A DNA stretch of 61,026 nucleotides, counting the filler, from Antechinus flavipes (lineage: Eukaryota), in assembly GCF_016432865.1 (NCBI RefSeq). It is 2 parts of 2 records of this genome, joined end to end, with 100 filler letters (N's around TTAATTAATTAA, not from the genome) between each part and the next. Parts side by side here need not be neighbours in the genome. Positions count along the whole stretch, not along the records: positions 1 to 28,962 come from NC_067401.1; positions 29,063 to 61,026 come from NC_067399.1. One strand, written 5' to 3'. The notes under the pieces are model-generated. The model ran no database searches and was not told the DNA's origin. It saw only the letters and a program-made list of their open reading frames with translations. The position numbers and the translations under genes are program-made. Below, one piece after another: positions 27,306 to 37,884 of the stretch (position 1 is the stretch's first letter; the number at the start of each line of letters is the position of its first letter).

Positions 27306-28962
27306 TACGAAAGCCTGTTTGTTCCCAACAAATATCCTCATCCAGGAGTCCCCCAATTTTTGTATAAATAATATTCATAAAGCTTCTGAACAGAAGTGAA
27401 AGCAAGCATAAAGACTGGTAGATATTAAATCATATTATTCCAGTATTAATAAATTCTGAGATTTTTTTCCATCCTTTGATATCTTCTCTTCCATCAGACA
27501 CTTTTTATATTGGTTTCTCAATGTCCTCACAATTGAAATCTTTACCAATACAAATTTCTTCTATGTATACTTGGCACAATGCAACTGCTTTGTCACTTTT
27601 TCCTTTGATGTCATAACCTACTCTTTAAATCTCTCTGGAACTGATATCAGGAACTAACTGAAATGGTTTTACTATCCTTGATGGAAAACGTAGTTTGTTA
27701 AAGTACTTTTTGCAAATCTTTTCCATTTTTCTTTGGTTTCTATTCCTCCTTATATTTTCATCCTTGAATACTTTCAAAATGACTTTACTTAAATAGATAT
27801 CTAGCCACACTTTCTTCTCTCTATTTTCTGAGATGTTACTGTCCAAAATCATCTATCCTCCTTCTTTGAAAGAATTTACAAATGAGTTTATATTCTAATC
27901 CATGATTGCCTTTGGCAATCTTTTCTCTCCATTTGGCTATATATATTTGTTGGCTAGGGGACTTTCTGAGCTCTTTTGGGCTCTTTGCTGTGGCAATTAA
28001 TTTATATTGGATAAACTGGCTTCCTTTTTGACCAAGCTCAAATCCCACCTACAGAGGAGATTTTTCCCCATCCCCCCAACTAGTGCCTTTTTTTCCACTT
28101 TGGATAAATTTTCTATGTACATAATTATCTTCATGTTTTCCCCAATTAAAATATGAGGTCTTTGAGGTTTTTGCTTTTCTCTGAATCCTGGAACTTAATG
28201 CAACATCTGATACATAGTAAGCATTTAATAAAACTGATTGATTGACTGTTATATTTAGCATCAATGTTATTACCATGGTTTATTTCCCAATTTTTATTTT
28301 TAATTGTTTGTTTAAGTAGGTCAAGGTTAAGTGCTATAATTTACAGAACATCTTTTTCTTCATTATTCTTCTTCTTTATTTTTTAAAATTAATTTTGATA
28401 TTAGATCTCACAAGTCAATGGCTTCCCAATACACTAATAGCTAACTCATGAATAGTTCCCACATCAATAACAAGTTTTTTCCAATCTGTTGAAACATAAT
28501 GAGCTTCATTTTTTATGGTTCTGATGGTCCTTGCATGTCCAGCACCTATCGATTCTTTGATATAGAGATGATGTCGCTCCCCTTCAGAATAAATAGATTC
28601 TAACTATTAGAGCTATCCCAAAATGGACGTGGCTGCTACTTCAAGAGGGAGTGGGTTGACTTTCCCTTGATATCTTTAAGCCAAATGATTTGCCTGGTAG
28701 ATGATATTCTTTCTCATGGAAAGTTTGAACTGGATGTCCACTGGGTCTCCTTCCAACTCTGATTCTGAGATCCTGGGAGTTCACAGATTCAAATCAACCC
28801 TTCAAACCTGTGCTTCTTTTCTCACTGGGAGGCAGTAGAAAATGTTATTTCCACCATCCGATGCTAAGGGGAAAGAGAAGGAAAGGGAATAAGCATTTAC
28901 TAAATACCAGCTATGTATCAGGCACTGTGCAAAGCAGATAGCAATGATTCTTTCCAGTTCGT

Positions 28963-29062
28963 NNNNNNNNNNNNNNNNNNNNNNNNNNNNNNNNNNNNNN
29001 NNNNNNTTAATTAATTAANNNNNNNNNNNNNNNNNNNNNNNNNNNNNNNNNNNNNNNNNNNN
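28963..29062. other. Assembly gap: N44-TTAATTAATTAA-N44 (exactly 100 bp)
   Basis: Counted directly. The palindromic 12-mer gives stop codons in all six frames. Confidence 0.95.
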
Positions 29063-29341
29063 TCCTACAGCTGGTATCCTTTAAGACTGATCAATCACCA
29101 ACTCCACATGAAACCTTTCCAACCTTCTTAGACTTTACTCCCATCCATGTATTCCATGATCCAATAATATTAGACTCCTTGTTGCTTGTGTAAGACACAC
29201 TCCATCATTTTCACTGGCTGTCCTCCGTATTTCATTTCCACTTCCGTCAAGTCTTAGCCAAAATCACACTTCTATAAGACCCTTTTCCTGGTTTCCCTTA
29301 GTGCTTGTGTCTCCTATTGAAGATTGTTTCCAATTTATGCT

Positions 29342-29648
29342 GTCTAAACCCTTCCACATCATGGCGTTTAGGGATATGGCACTCTTGTGATCTGGGAAAT
29401 CCATGTAAAAAATTTTGGCCTTCCCTTTGTCCCAGAGAAGTCTGAATTTTTTCTTTTTCTTTTATGGGGTGTTTACAGTATTTTATTGTAAAATTTAGAT
29501 TAAGTATTTTGCCCTAAGATCTATGTCATATGTTGACCTTCTGTGGCTTCCACAAAACTCCCCTCAAATTTCCTTTTAATTTCTTTTGCTTACCCGCAAT
29601 AAATTGAAATCCCAAGAGAAAAAAGTTTCAATGTGGAGGAGATAACTG
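29342..29648. mobile_element. Tc1/mariner Tigger-type MITE
   Basis: 3' TIR atgtggaggagataactg followed by TA, and a degraded 5' TIR cccttccacat. Inserted after an L2 fragment (~29065-29340). Confidence 0.65.
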
Positions 29649-30689
29649 TATAGTCAATCCTCAACATTCGTGTTTTAACTTTTTGTGACTTCAAGCATTT
29701 GTCTGATTTTATTTTAACCTTTCAAGTAACCTCATTTTCACTTTCTTATTGGTAAAGCACACATATTTGAGCATATGTACAGTAGAAAAAAAAGAGAAAG
29801 GTACAATGTGGCATGTTTCTATCTGTAAAAAAGGGAGGAAAATATTTATGAACATGTTTGTGAATCTGCTCCAGAAAGTGATAAAGTAACTTCTGAAATG
29901 TGTGATGAGGGAACTGAAGGAAAAAAAAAAAAGGAAAAATAGCCAAGTTTTTCAACTGGTCATCTCTGCCCTCTTGCCAGGGGCTCGAGCGGGTTATGTC
30001 CCATTTCCTCTGCTGCCCTTGCCTGGGCAGTTTGGCAGGCAATGTTTCCCACTGCTATGCGGGTGGGAGTTCTGAGCAAAGACGGGGGCTGGGGATTCAC
30101 TCCCACATGTGCTTTTCATTGAGGCACAGTTCAGTCATGGGACTGAAAGGGAGATTAGAGATGGCAGATTGTCCTTCCCCACTTTTCACCTCAGGGTTCT
30201 TCTGACATTACTATCCCTGCCCCTTTCAGTTCCATCTGACATTGCCTTTCTTCTCTATTGCATTTGACAGATTTTTTCATGGTTACTGTGATGGGAAAAG
30301 CATATACTAACAATTAATGTTTTGTTATAAAGAATTGTATGCAAAAAAGTATATTTTCAACAATCTGTTTTGAAGGATTACAATTTTTGTGGTCACAGGG
30401 ACCTAACATCCTACATCCTCTCGATTCAATATATCAATATTCATGTTTCTGACTTTTAAGTGCTATTTTCTAGGAACAATACCCTGCAAAAGTTAAGGAT
30501 TGACACATAGCTGTTTCCATATTATCTACTCTATTGGAATGGGAGTTCCTCTAGGACTGGGACTGTTTTTGCTTCTTTCTATGTTCCCAGAGTTTATCAA
30601 AGTACCTGATATATAATAAGCCCTTAATAAAATGGTTGTGGATTTGATGAGATTACTTTATATGGGTGAAAGTATCTTTTCTCATTAGA

Positions 30690-31492
30690 ACACTAATACA
30701 TTGCTGGTGGAGTTGTGAACTGATACAACCATTCTAGAGAGCAAATTGGAACTATGCCCAAAGGGCTATCAAAATGTGCATACCCTTTGATCCAGCAGTT
30801 TTTCTACTGGGCTTGTGTCCCAAAGAGATCTTAAAGGAGGGAAAGGGACTCTATGTGCAAAAATGTTTGTGGCAGCCTTCTTTGTAGTATCCAGAAACTG
30901 GAAACTGAGTGGTCGCCCATCAGTTGGAGAATGGCTGAATAAATTATGGTATATGAATGTTATGGAATGTTATTGTTCTGTAAGAAACGATCAGGAGTAT
31001 GATTTCAAAAAAGTCTGGAGAGACTTACCTCACCTGATGCTAAGTGAAGTGAGTGAAACCAAGAGAATGTTGTAAACAGCAATAACAAGATTATGTAATA
31101 ATGATCAACTGTGATGGAAGTGGCTCTTTTCAACAATGAAATGACTCAGGCCAATTCCAATACATGTGATGGAGAGAGCTATCTACATCCAGGGAGAGGA
31201 CTATGGTGACAGAATGTGGATATAGTTATTTTCACTTTTTTTGTTATTGTTTGATTTTTTCTTTCTCATTTTTTCCCTTTTTGATTCGATGTTTTTTGTG
31301 CAGCATGATAAATGTGGAAATATGTATAGAAGAATTGTACATGTTTAACATATATTGGATTACTTGCTGTTTATGAGAGGAGAGAGGGGGAAAGGAAGGG
31401 AGAAAAATTTGGAACACAAGATTTCATAAGGGTGAATGTTGAAAATTATCTCTCTATATACTTTGAAAATAAGCTATTATTAAAAATGAAAA
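30690..31492 (+). mobile_element. L1 3' end (ORF2 C-terminus plus 3'UTR)
   Basis: ORF 30815-31075 (KGTLCAKMFVAAFFVVSRNWKLSGRPSVGEWLNKLWYMNVMECYCSVRND) matches the L1 ORF2 C-terminus, followed by an A-rich tail. Confidence 0.9.
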
Positions 31493-32769
31493 ATTTTTAA
31501 TTATCTTTTTTTTCTATTGAATTTGGCTTGAACCCCCATTGTTTGTGTTCCTCTTCTTTGTTAAGCATCAGTAACTAACACCTCAGTTCCATTTAACAGT
31601 GATTGACTTATACAAAATAATATTTATTTCAAAAGCATAGCAAAAAAAAAATAAGTAAAGCATTTTCACCAATACTTTTTGGAGCATATTTTCCTCTAGA
31701 CTACCTCAGTTTCAAGGGACATAGACTCCCAAACTTTGCTTAATTCATACATATACTTGTCCTACCAAGTTCATGACCTACTAGCCATGTCTACTAGCAT
31801 GTCTACTGAGTGAATCCGTCCACTGGGTAGAATCTTAAAATTATTCCTTGGCCCAGCTTGAATTCCAGCTCCCAGGTTCTGATGATGCATTCTCCTGACC
31901 AAGGCTGCCATGAGAGAGAATCACTGAGCAATACCCATATGTCGCTGAAGCAACGAGACTTTAGCTGAAGTTGTCAGGTCTTTATGTAGCCAATCAAAAA
32001 AAGTTGCTTTCGATTGCACACAGTTAATCAATTAGAACCAGTCACAAAATAGCCAACCAACGCAGTTTCCCTATGTAGCATCTTGGGAAACCCAAACCAG
32101 AGCATCTTCCACATTAAGGATTTCCACATTCAAGAAAATTTATGGGGTCTGCACATGTTTCAGACCCCCCACTATTGAAGTTTTGCAATTATAACTTTTT
32201 CTGTCTTCTGCTACTTATGGAATTACCTTCAATGCTGAATCTCAAATCTAGGATTTTTGTTTCAGTTTAAGCCTATAAACAAAGGTAAACTATTAACTGT
32301 GTTTACTCACAGATCTCTAGTCATATACATAAAAAAATCATTCTTCTAATCCGCTCTTCTTTAGGATAAGATCCATCCAGGGCTGATGAGAAGTCAAAAT
32401 ATTGTTCCCTCCACTCTTCTTTAGGCCTGATACTCCATTGTTATTATTGCTCTAATTGAAGTGCCACTATTATAATCCCAAAGAATGGAATATCTCCAAA
32501 TCATTTGGTTTTTGACTTTGAAATTAATCAAACCCTTCTCTCTAACTCCCTAAATTAGTCAATGAGAATTTGTTTAGACTGATATTAAAATAAAAGCACA
32601 TGCTTCAGTACACAGTAACTGAAGGAAGAATGACACAGACAAGAAATATGCTGGTTTGTGTAGGAAAAACCAGTCTGGGATGAGACTCACAGCTGTGGAT
32701 AATTCATAGACTAAGTCATCATAATATGAATTACACATCTTCACTGTAACACAGCTTCTCCTCTGTACT

Positions 32770-33130
32770 AACACTGGCCTCCAACTTTAATTCAGGCCCT
32801 TACTATCTCTCATCTGGACTATTGTAAAAGTCTCACTGTGCTCCCTGCCTCTTGTCTCATCCTATTCTATTTCATCATTTATCTGCCAAGGAGATTTTTC
32901 TAAAGCATAGGATCCAGACAACTCCTTGTTTAGGAAGCTCCAAAGGGATCTTTATCACTTCTGGAATTTAGTATAAACTCAGGTTTGCCATTGGAGCTCT
33001 TTGTAACTTGGATCCTTTGCAGATTTCTTATACTTTCCTCTCCACTGTATATGCTAACTGGGCTACCTGTAATTCCCTATATACAAGTTCTGTGTCTGAT
33101 TTCCATACCTATACACTGGCTATGTCTATC
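32770..33130 (+). mobile_element. L2 fragment, left part (interrupted by provirus A)
   Basis: tctcatctggactattgtaaaagtctc...tatacactggctatgtc. Continues at 37267-37632 to the L2 tail atttaataaattgatattgactgact. Confidence 0.65.
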
Positions 33131-33638
33131 TGATGTAAATTGTGTCCCCTTTAACCTTTGGGAGTCCTGATGTAAACTGCCTCCCCCTTCTTTTGGGAGG
33201 GGATTCTTGAGTCTCAAACTCTTCTCTAGGAGGGGCACACCCTTCTGTCCATAAGGGAAACTCCCAAGATAAGTAATCTTATTCAATTTTTAATTGAATT
33301 GAATTGAATTGAAAATCAGTCCCTCAGATTCATCTAGAGATTAGGCCCTCAGGTCAGGGCCAAAGATCAAAGCAGCCCCAATATATCTAGCTCTGGATGA
33401 CCAGACATCTTTGCAGAAGTCCTAACAGGATGTTGCCCACTGGTGAAGATATTTTCTTCTCAGTGCAAACCCATCTCTGCAATAATCCTAACAGGACCTT
33501 GCCCACTAAGAAAGCTGTCTTCTTAGTGTAAATAAATTTCCTTTTACCACACAGACTTTGGGTTTTTGAATTCTTTCTCAAGGGATCTGTGACATCAATC
33601 AGAGGGGATCTCTTATCCTCAATTCTCGCACCTCATCA
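33131..33638 (+). repeat. Provirus A 5' LTR (508 bp)
   Basis: tgatgtaaattgtgtcccc...cacctcatca, containing a TATA-like atatat and AATAAA. Followed by PBS tggtggctcgttactggtat (33641-33660), which resembles the tRNA-Ile(AAT) complement tggtggcccgtacggggat. Confidence 0.9.
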
Positions 33639-33905
33639 TTTGGTGGCTCGTTACTGGTATCCCTGAGAATCTGGCTGAGGTAAAGCCTTTTCTTGTTGTC
33701 TATAGCTACACCCAAAAATTCCCAGGGAAAATTTGGGTCGTTTGGAGCTCTATGCATGAGCAGAATTCTCTCAGGGACACCTGGAATGGTAATTCCTGCG
33801 TTCTCTGACAAAAATTCCCCTTAATCAGGGAGTGTTTTATCATTTCTCCATCTCTAAGGATGCCTAAGCTGTTATAGAATCTGGGGATCCAAGGCTTGTG
33901 GCAAA

Positions 33906-34740
33906 ATGGGACAATTTACCTCAACCCCTAAAGATTCTTCCTTAGAAAGTCTCTTAAAAAAACAGAGACAAATTCGGCTTAAAAGATCTCAAAACTAAAA
34001 AGCTTAAATTAAAACAGCACTGCAGGATGCTGCTTAAATTTACTAGAGGGAAATCAAATTCCCTCCTTCCTAATCCTCTGGGAACACAGGATCCCTCCTC
34101 TACACCCCTATGTAGTCCTGATCAGAAGACTTCTGAACTCCTTCCAGAGCAAGACTTTATGTCCTTTAACTCTATTTCCTTCACCTGAACCAGATTCTGA
34201 GACTTCCCACCCTGACTCCTCAGTCCCTCTGATACATGGAATGGGGCCCCTTTTTCTCCTCTTGAGGACACTGATTTTACCCTCTGCCCCAGCAGACTCT
34301 CAGGGAGAGACACTCAGAGCAGAGGTCCCTCTTTCAATGTCAAATCTCTCCCAGACTAAGGAAAAACCTGGCCATTAATCTGAGGACCCCACCCAGCTTA
34401 TTGAGGGGTCCAAGACCAATGCCCTCCTTGATCTTTCCTGAGGAGATGTTAATCTTAAAAAATCTGCCCCAGATATGCGGAGGAAGCTGCAGAAGCCAGC
34501 TTTGGGCCCTCAAATTTCTCCCCCTCAGCTGCTAGAAACAACTGTTGGAGTCTTTAATGATAGGGATCAAACTGCAGCACAGGAGAAAGACCTCAGAATT
34601 AAAGTGAGACATGGAGAACAGTCCCTGCTCTTGGCTGCTGACATTGCTGGATTCGTGCTTTAGATGTCATGGAAACTGTCTGAGGAAACCCCCCAGTCCT
34701 TGTCCTGAGGGGCACAGGAGGAGAGACTGCCTACAGGGGA
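33906..34740 (+). pseudogene. gag remnant of provirus A
   Basis: MGQFTSTPKDSSLESLLK...KFGLKDLKTKKL (matrix), KEKPGH*SEDPTQLIEG (capsid), CFRCHG...KPPSPCPEGHRRRDC (nucleocapsid). Frameshifted and internally deleted. Confidence 0.8.
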
Positions 34741-34809
34741 CAAGCTGCCCCCTCCTCCCCCCCCCCCCCCCCCCCCCCCCGAAGCTCCCCCTCACTCCAC
34801 CGCGATATT

Positions 34810-36560
34810 GGAACCCTGATACTCTGGTACTTGTTCTGGCATTCCCGGCTCACTCCCCTCCCCTCCCTCCTTCCCCCCCCCCACCCCCAGAATAGTGATT
34901 GCAGGGGAACTTAAGAATTATTTGGAGACTTTTCCTCTGCCTTGCCAGCTTAGTGACTTGTTATTTAAACACTGATTTCTTATTATTCCCTCCTATCCTG
35001 CTCCCTTATTGGGGCGTGATTTAATGGTGAAATTGGGGACCCAATTTTTTCTTCTCAGACCTCCAGATGATCTTTTTGTGCTGCTTTCAAAGCTTTCCTT
35101 TGAAATCTGGGAGAAAATAGATTTCTCCACTCCAGCCTTAGTCAGCATTGAGAAATTTCTTAAGCACAAACTTTTAACTAGAGAGTTAAGAGATTTGGAG
35201 CAGCTTAACTGCATTCTTATCTTGATCTGCAGTCCCAATGGGCAGGGTCATGCCCTGGGTGACTCCAGACCTGTCACCTACTTCTCAAAGGCACTGGACT
35301 CGGTTTCCTCAGGATAGCCCTCCTGCTTTAGAGTGGTGGTTGCCCCAGTCCTTTTAATTGAAAAAACCTCAAAACTGACCTTAGGACAGACATAAGAGGT
35401 TTTGACCCTGAACTGAATTCAGAGCATTTTAGAAGCCAAAGGGCATCAATGGCTGCTGGTGGGAGGCTTAATAGGAATCAGGCTCTCCTACCTGACCTGA
35501 CTCTCCAGGTGTGCCGTACCTTAAACCCTGCCACCCTGCTCCCGACAGCACTCAGTCGGGCTACATCATTCATAATTATGAGGAAGCTTTAGATCCTGTC
35601 TACTCCAGGGAACTGACTTAAGGGACATTCCCCTTGACAACTCAGATGGTGAATGGTTCAAAGACCAGTTGAGCTTTCTTGGAAATGGGGAAAGAAAGGC
35701 AGGATATTCTGTGGTGACTCTCAATGGCACTCTGGAGGCTAAGCCCTGTCCCCGGGATCTCTAAACCAGAAAACTGAACTCATTGCCCTAACCCAAATAC
35801 GCTTTTCATAGTTTGCATGCTCACAGGGCTATATGGAAAGAAAGGGGACTTTTGACAGCAAAGAATTCTCCTATTAAATGTGCAGGAGAAAATCTACAGC
35901 TACTTTAAGCTGTCCATGAACCCAGAGAGGTCTCAGTCATATTTTGTAAAGGACATCAGAAGGGAGATTCACTTCAAGCCAAGGGAAATATTGCAGATCC
36001 AGCTGCTGGGGTTGCTGCCTGTTCACCCCTGCTTTGATCCTCCAGTTCCCTGATTCTTACACCCCTCCTTTAGTCCACTGGAACAACACCTTTAAGCCAA
36101 CTTTTAGCTATTAAACTTCCCCCTCTCTTGAAGCCTGTTCAGAGAAGGGGCATAAGCTTTTCCCGGCAGGACTGAGAAGGCTCTGGGGGTGCTGAGGCGC
36201 CTGCTAAAAGAGATCATACCTTGCCTAAGCCTGCCTAGCTCCTTGCAGAGCAACAAATAGTCCAGCTTTTACTTCTTAGGTATTTCAGAGTGCTCCTGTG
36301 AGCACTCTGGAGAAAGAAGGGTGAATTGTCTGTGTCCTTCTCACTCTCACTACAATCTCTTTTCTTCCTTTCTCACCATGTTCCTAGCATTTTCTTGATG
36401 TCATTCCATGGCCCCTGCCAGCAGTTAACTCCTTCTTAGCCTTTCAGCTGGGGAGGCGTTCAGGATTGTTGGGTGGGCCATACATACCCCTAAGGTGGCC
36501 CCCAGATGGGACCTGATGTCACCATCTCCACCCTGGATGACACCCCACTTTTCATCTGCT
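34810..36560 (+). pseudogene. pro/pol remnant of provirus A
   Basis: FLIIPSYPAPLLGRDLMVKLG (protease), RPVTYFSKALDSVSSG*PSCFR...KLTLGQ (tether), LNPATLLP, KAGYSVVT, ELIALT and CKGHQKG (RNase H). No YVDD-containing RT core is present. Confidence 0.85.
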
Positions 36561-36810
36561 CTGAGATTTATTTCCTCCAGGCTCCAAGTGAACTTCTAAC
36601 TATTCCTTCAGCCTGGAGATCTTGGAACACTCCACATCTCCTGGTCTGAGCTGCTGCTGTCTTCAGATCTCTCACTTCCCTCCTGGCCTGAACCCCCAGA
36701 GAAAGTAGGGACAGCTCTACAACCCTTGTCAGTTTGAAGCAGCTACTGAAGATGAGACCTTCATCCCGTTGCCACAAATGAATTTGGGCCGACTGCTTGA
36801 GGAGGGAAAA

Positions 36811-37266
36811 TGAGGTAAATTGTGTCCCCTTTAACCTTTGGAGGGGATTCCTGAGTCTCAAACTCTCCTCTAGAAGGGGCACACCCTTCTGTCCATAAGA
36901 GAAACTCATTTAATTTTGAACTAAATTGAAAATCAGTCTATCAGATTCATCCAGAAATTAGGCCCCAGGTTGGGGCCAAAGATCAAAACAGCCCCCATAT
37001 ATCTAGCGCTGGATGCCCAGACATCTTTGCAGAAGTCCTAACAGGATTTTGCCCATTGGTGAAGATATTTTCTTCTCAGTGCAAACCCATCTTTGCAATA
37101 GTCCTGACAGGACCCTCAGTGGGCAAGGGCCCACTAAGGAAGCTGTCTTCTTAGTGTAAATAAGTCCCCCTTTGCCACACAGACTTCGGGTTCTCGAATT
37201 TTTTCACAAGGGATCTGCAACATTGACCAGAAGGGATCTCTTACCCTCAATTCTCTCACCTCATCA
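36811..37266 (+). repeat. Provirus A 3' LTR (456 bp)
   Basis: Preceded by PPT gaggagggaaaa (36799-36810). Runs tgaggtaaattgtg...cacctcatca. Confidence 0.9.
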
Positions 37267-37632
37267 CACCCACTCACATTCACCCCTTAGGTTATTGACT
37301 TCATGACTTGGGTCCAATTCTCCTGACTTCAGTACCTTAGCCCTCCAGCTACCTCCCAGCTGCCTTCTTCTCTTATATTACCTTCCTTTTATTCTGGATA
37401 CATCATGTGTGTTCTATGGGAGAAGGAAATGACAAACCATGCCAGTATCTTTGAAACTTTAAAGGTTTCAATTGAAGGAATGAATGACAAAGTTGTTTAC
37501 ACTTATCTCCTCCATTATAATGCAAACCTCCTTGAGGGCAGAGACTGTTTTGTGCTGTTCTTTTTATTCCCAGAGTTTAAGCATAGTGCTGGATACATCT
37601 TAATGTATTTAATAAATTGATATTGACTGACT
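37267..37632 (+). mobile_element. L2 fragment, right part
   Basis: ctccttgagggcagagactgttttg...gcatagtgct...atttaataaa is the L2 tail. Confidence 0.7.
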
Positions 37633-37884
37633 TGACCAACCCCTTTCTGGCATGAGATCCACTCTCTGCTAGTTCTTTACTCTTTATCAATTCCAAGTCC
37701 TTGGGAACAAAATCCTTCCCTTTTTGGAAAAGAAATTTGAGTTCTAGAACCAACTTTTCCATAGGAATTTATTCTTATTATAAATACTAATAATAACTAA
37801 CATTTTATAATATTTTAAGGTTTACAAAATGTTTTACAAATATCTCATTTTATCTTTACAACAACTTTGAGAGATAGATGCTTT

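Larger units (their letters stand above)
24900..28585 (-). mobile_element. Fragmented RTE LINE (endonuclease, RT and C-terminus) with nested insertions
   Basis: The minus strand gives LQMFLFVDGI (degenerate FADD motif, ~25700-25725). ORFs 27625-27852 and 27836-28048 are RTE-like. Confidence 0.75.
33131..37266 (+). mobile_element. Provirus A: degraded class I (gamma-like) ERV, 4.1 kb, with RT core, most of integrase and env deleted
   Basis: Two homologous TG...CA LTRs, a primer-binding site (PBS), a polypurine tract (PPT), and gag, pro and RNase H remnants. Confidence 0.92.

Noticed and set aside
29007-29018. TTAATTAATTAA as a homeodomain or PacI site
   Set aside because: It is centred in a symmetric N gap and is therefore an assembly linker.
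34611-34895. Proline-rich ORF
   Set aside because: The poly-Pro comes from poly(C) expansions inside the decayed gag/pro region.
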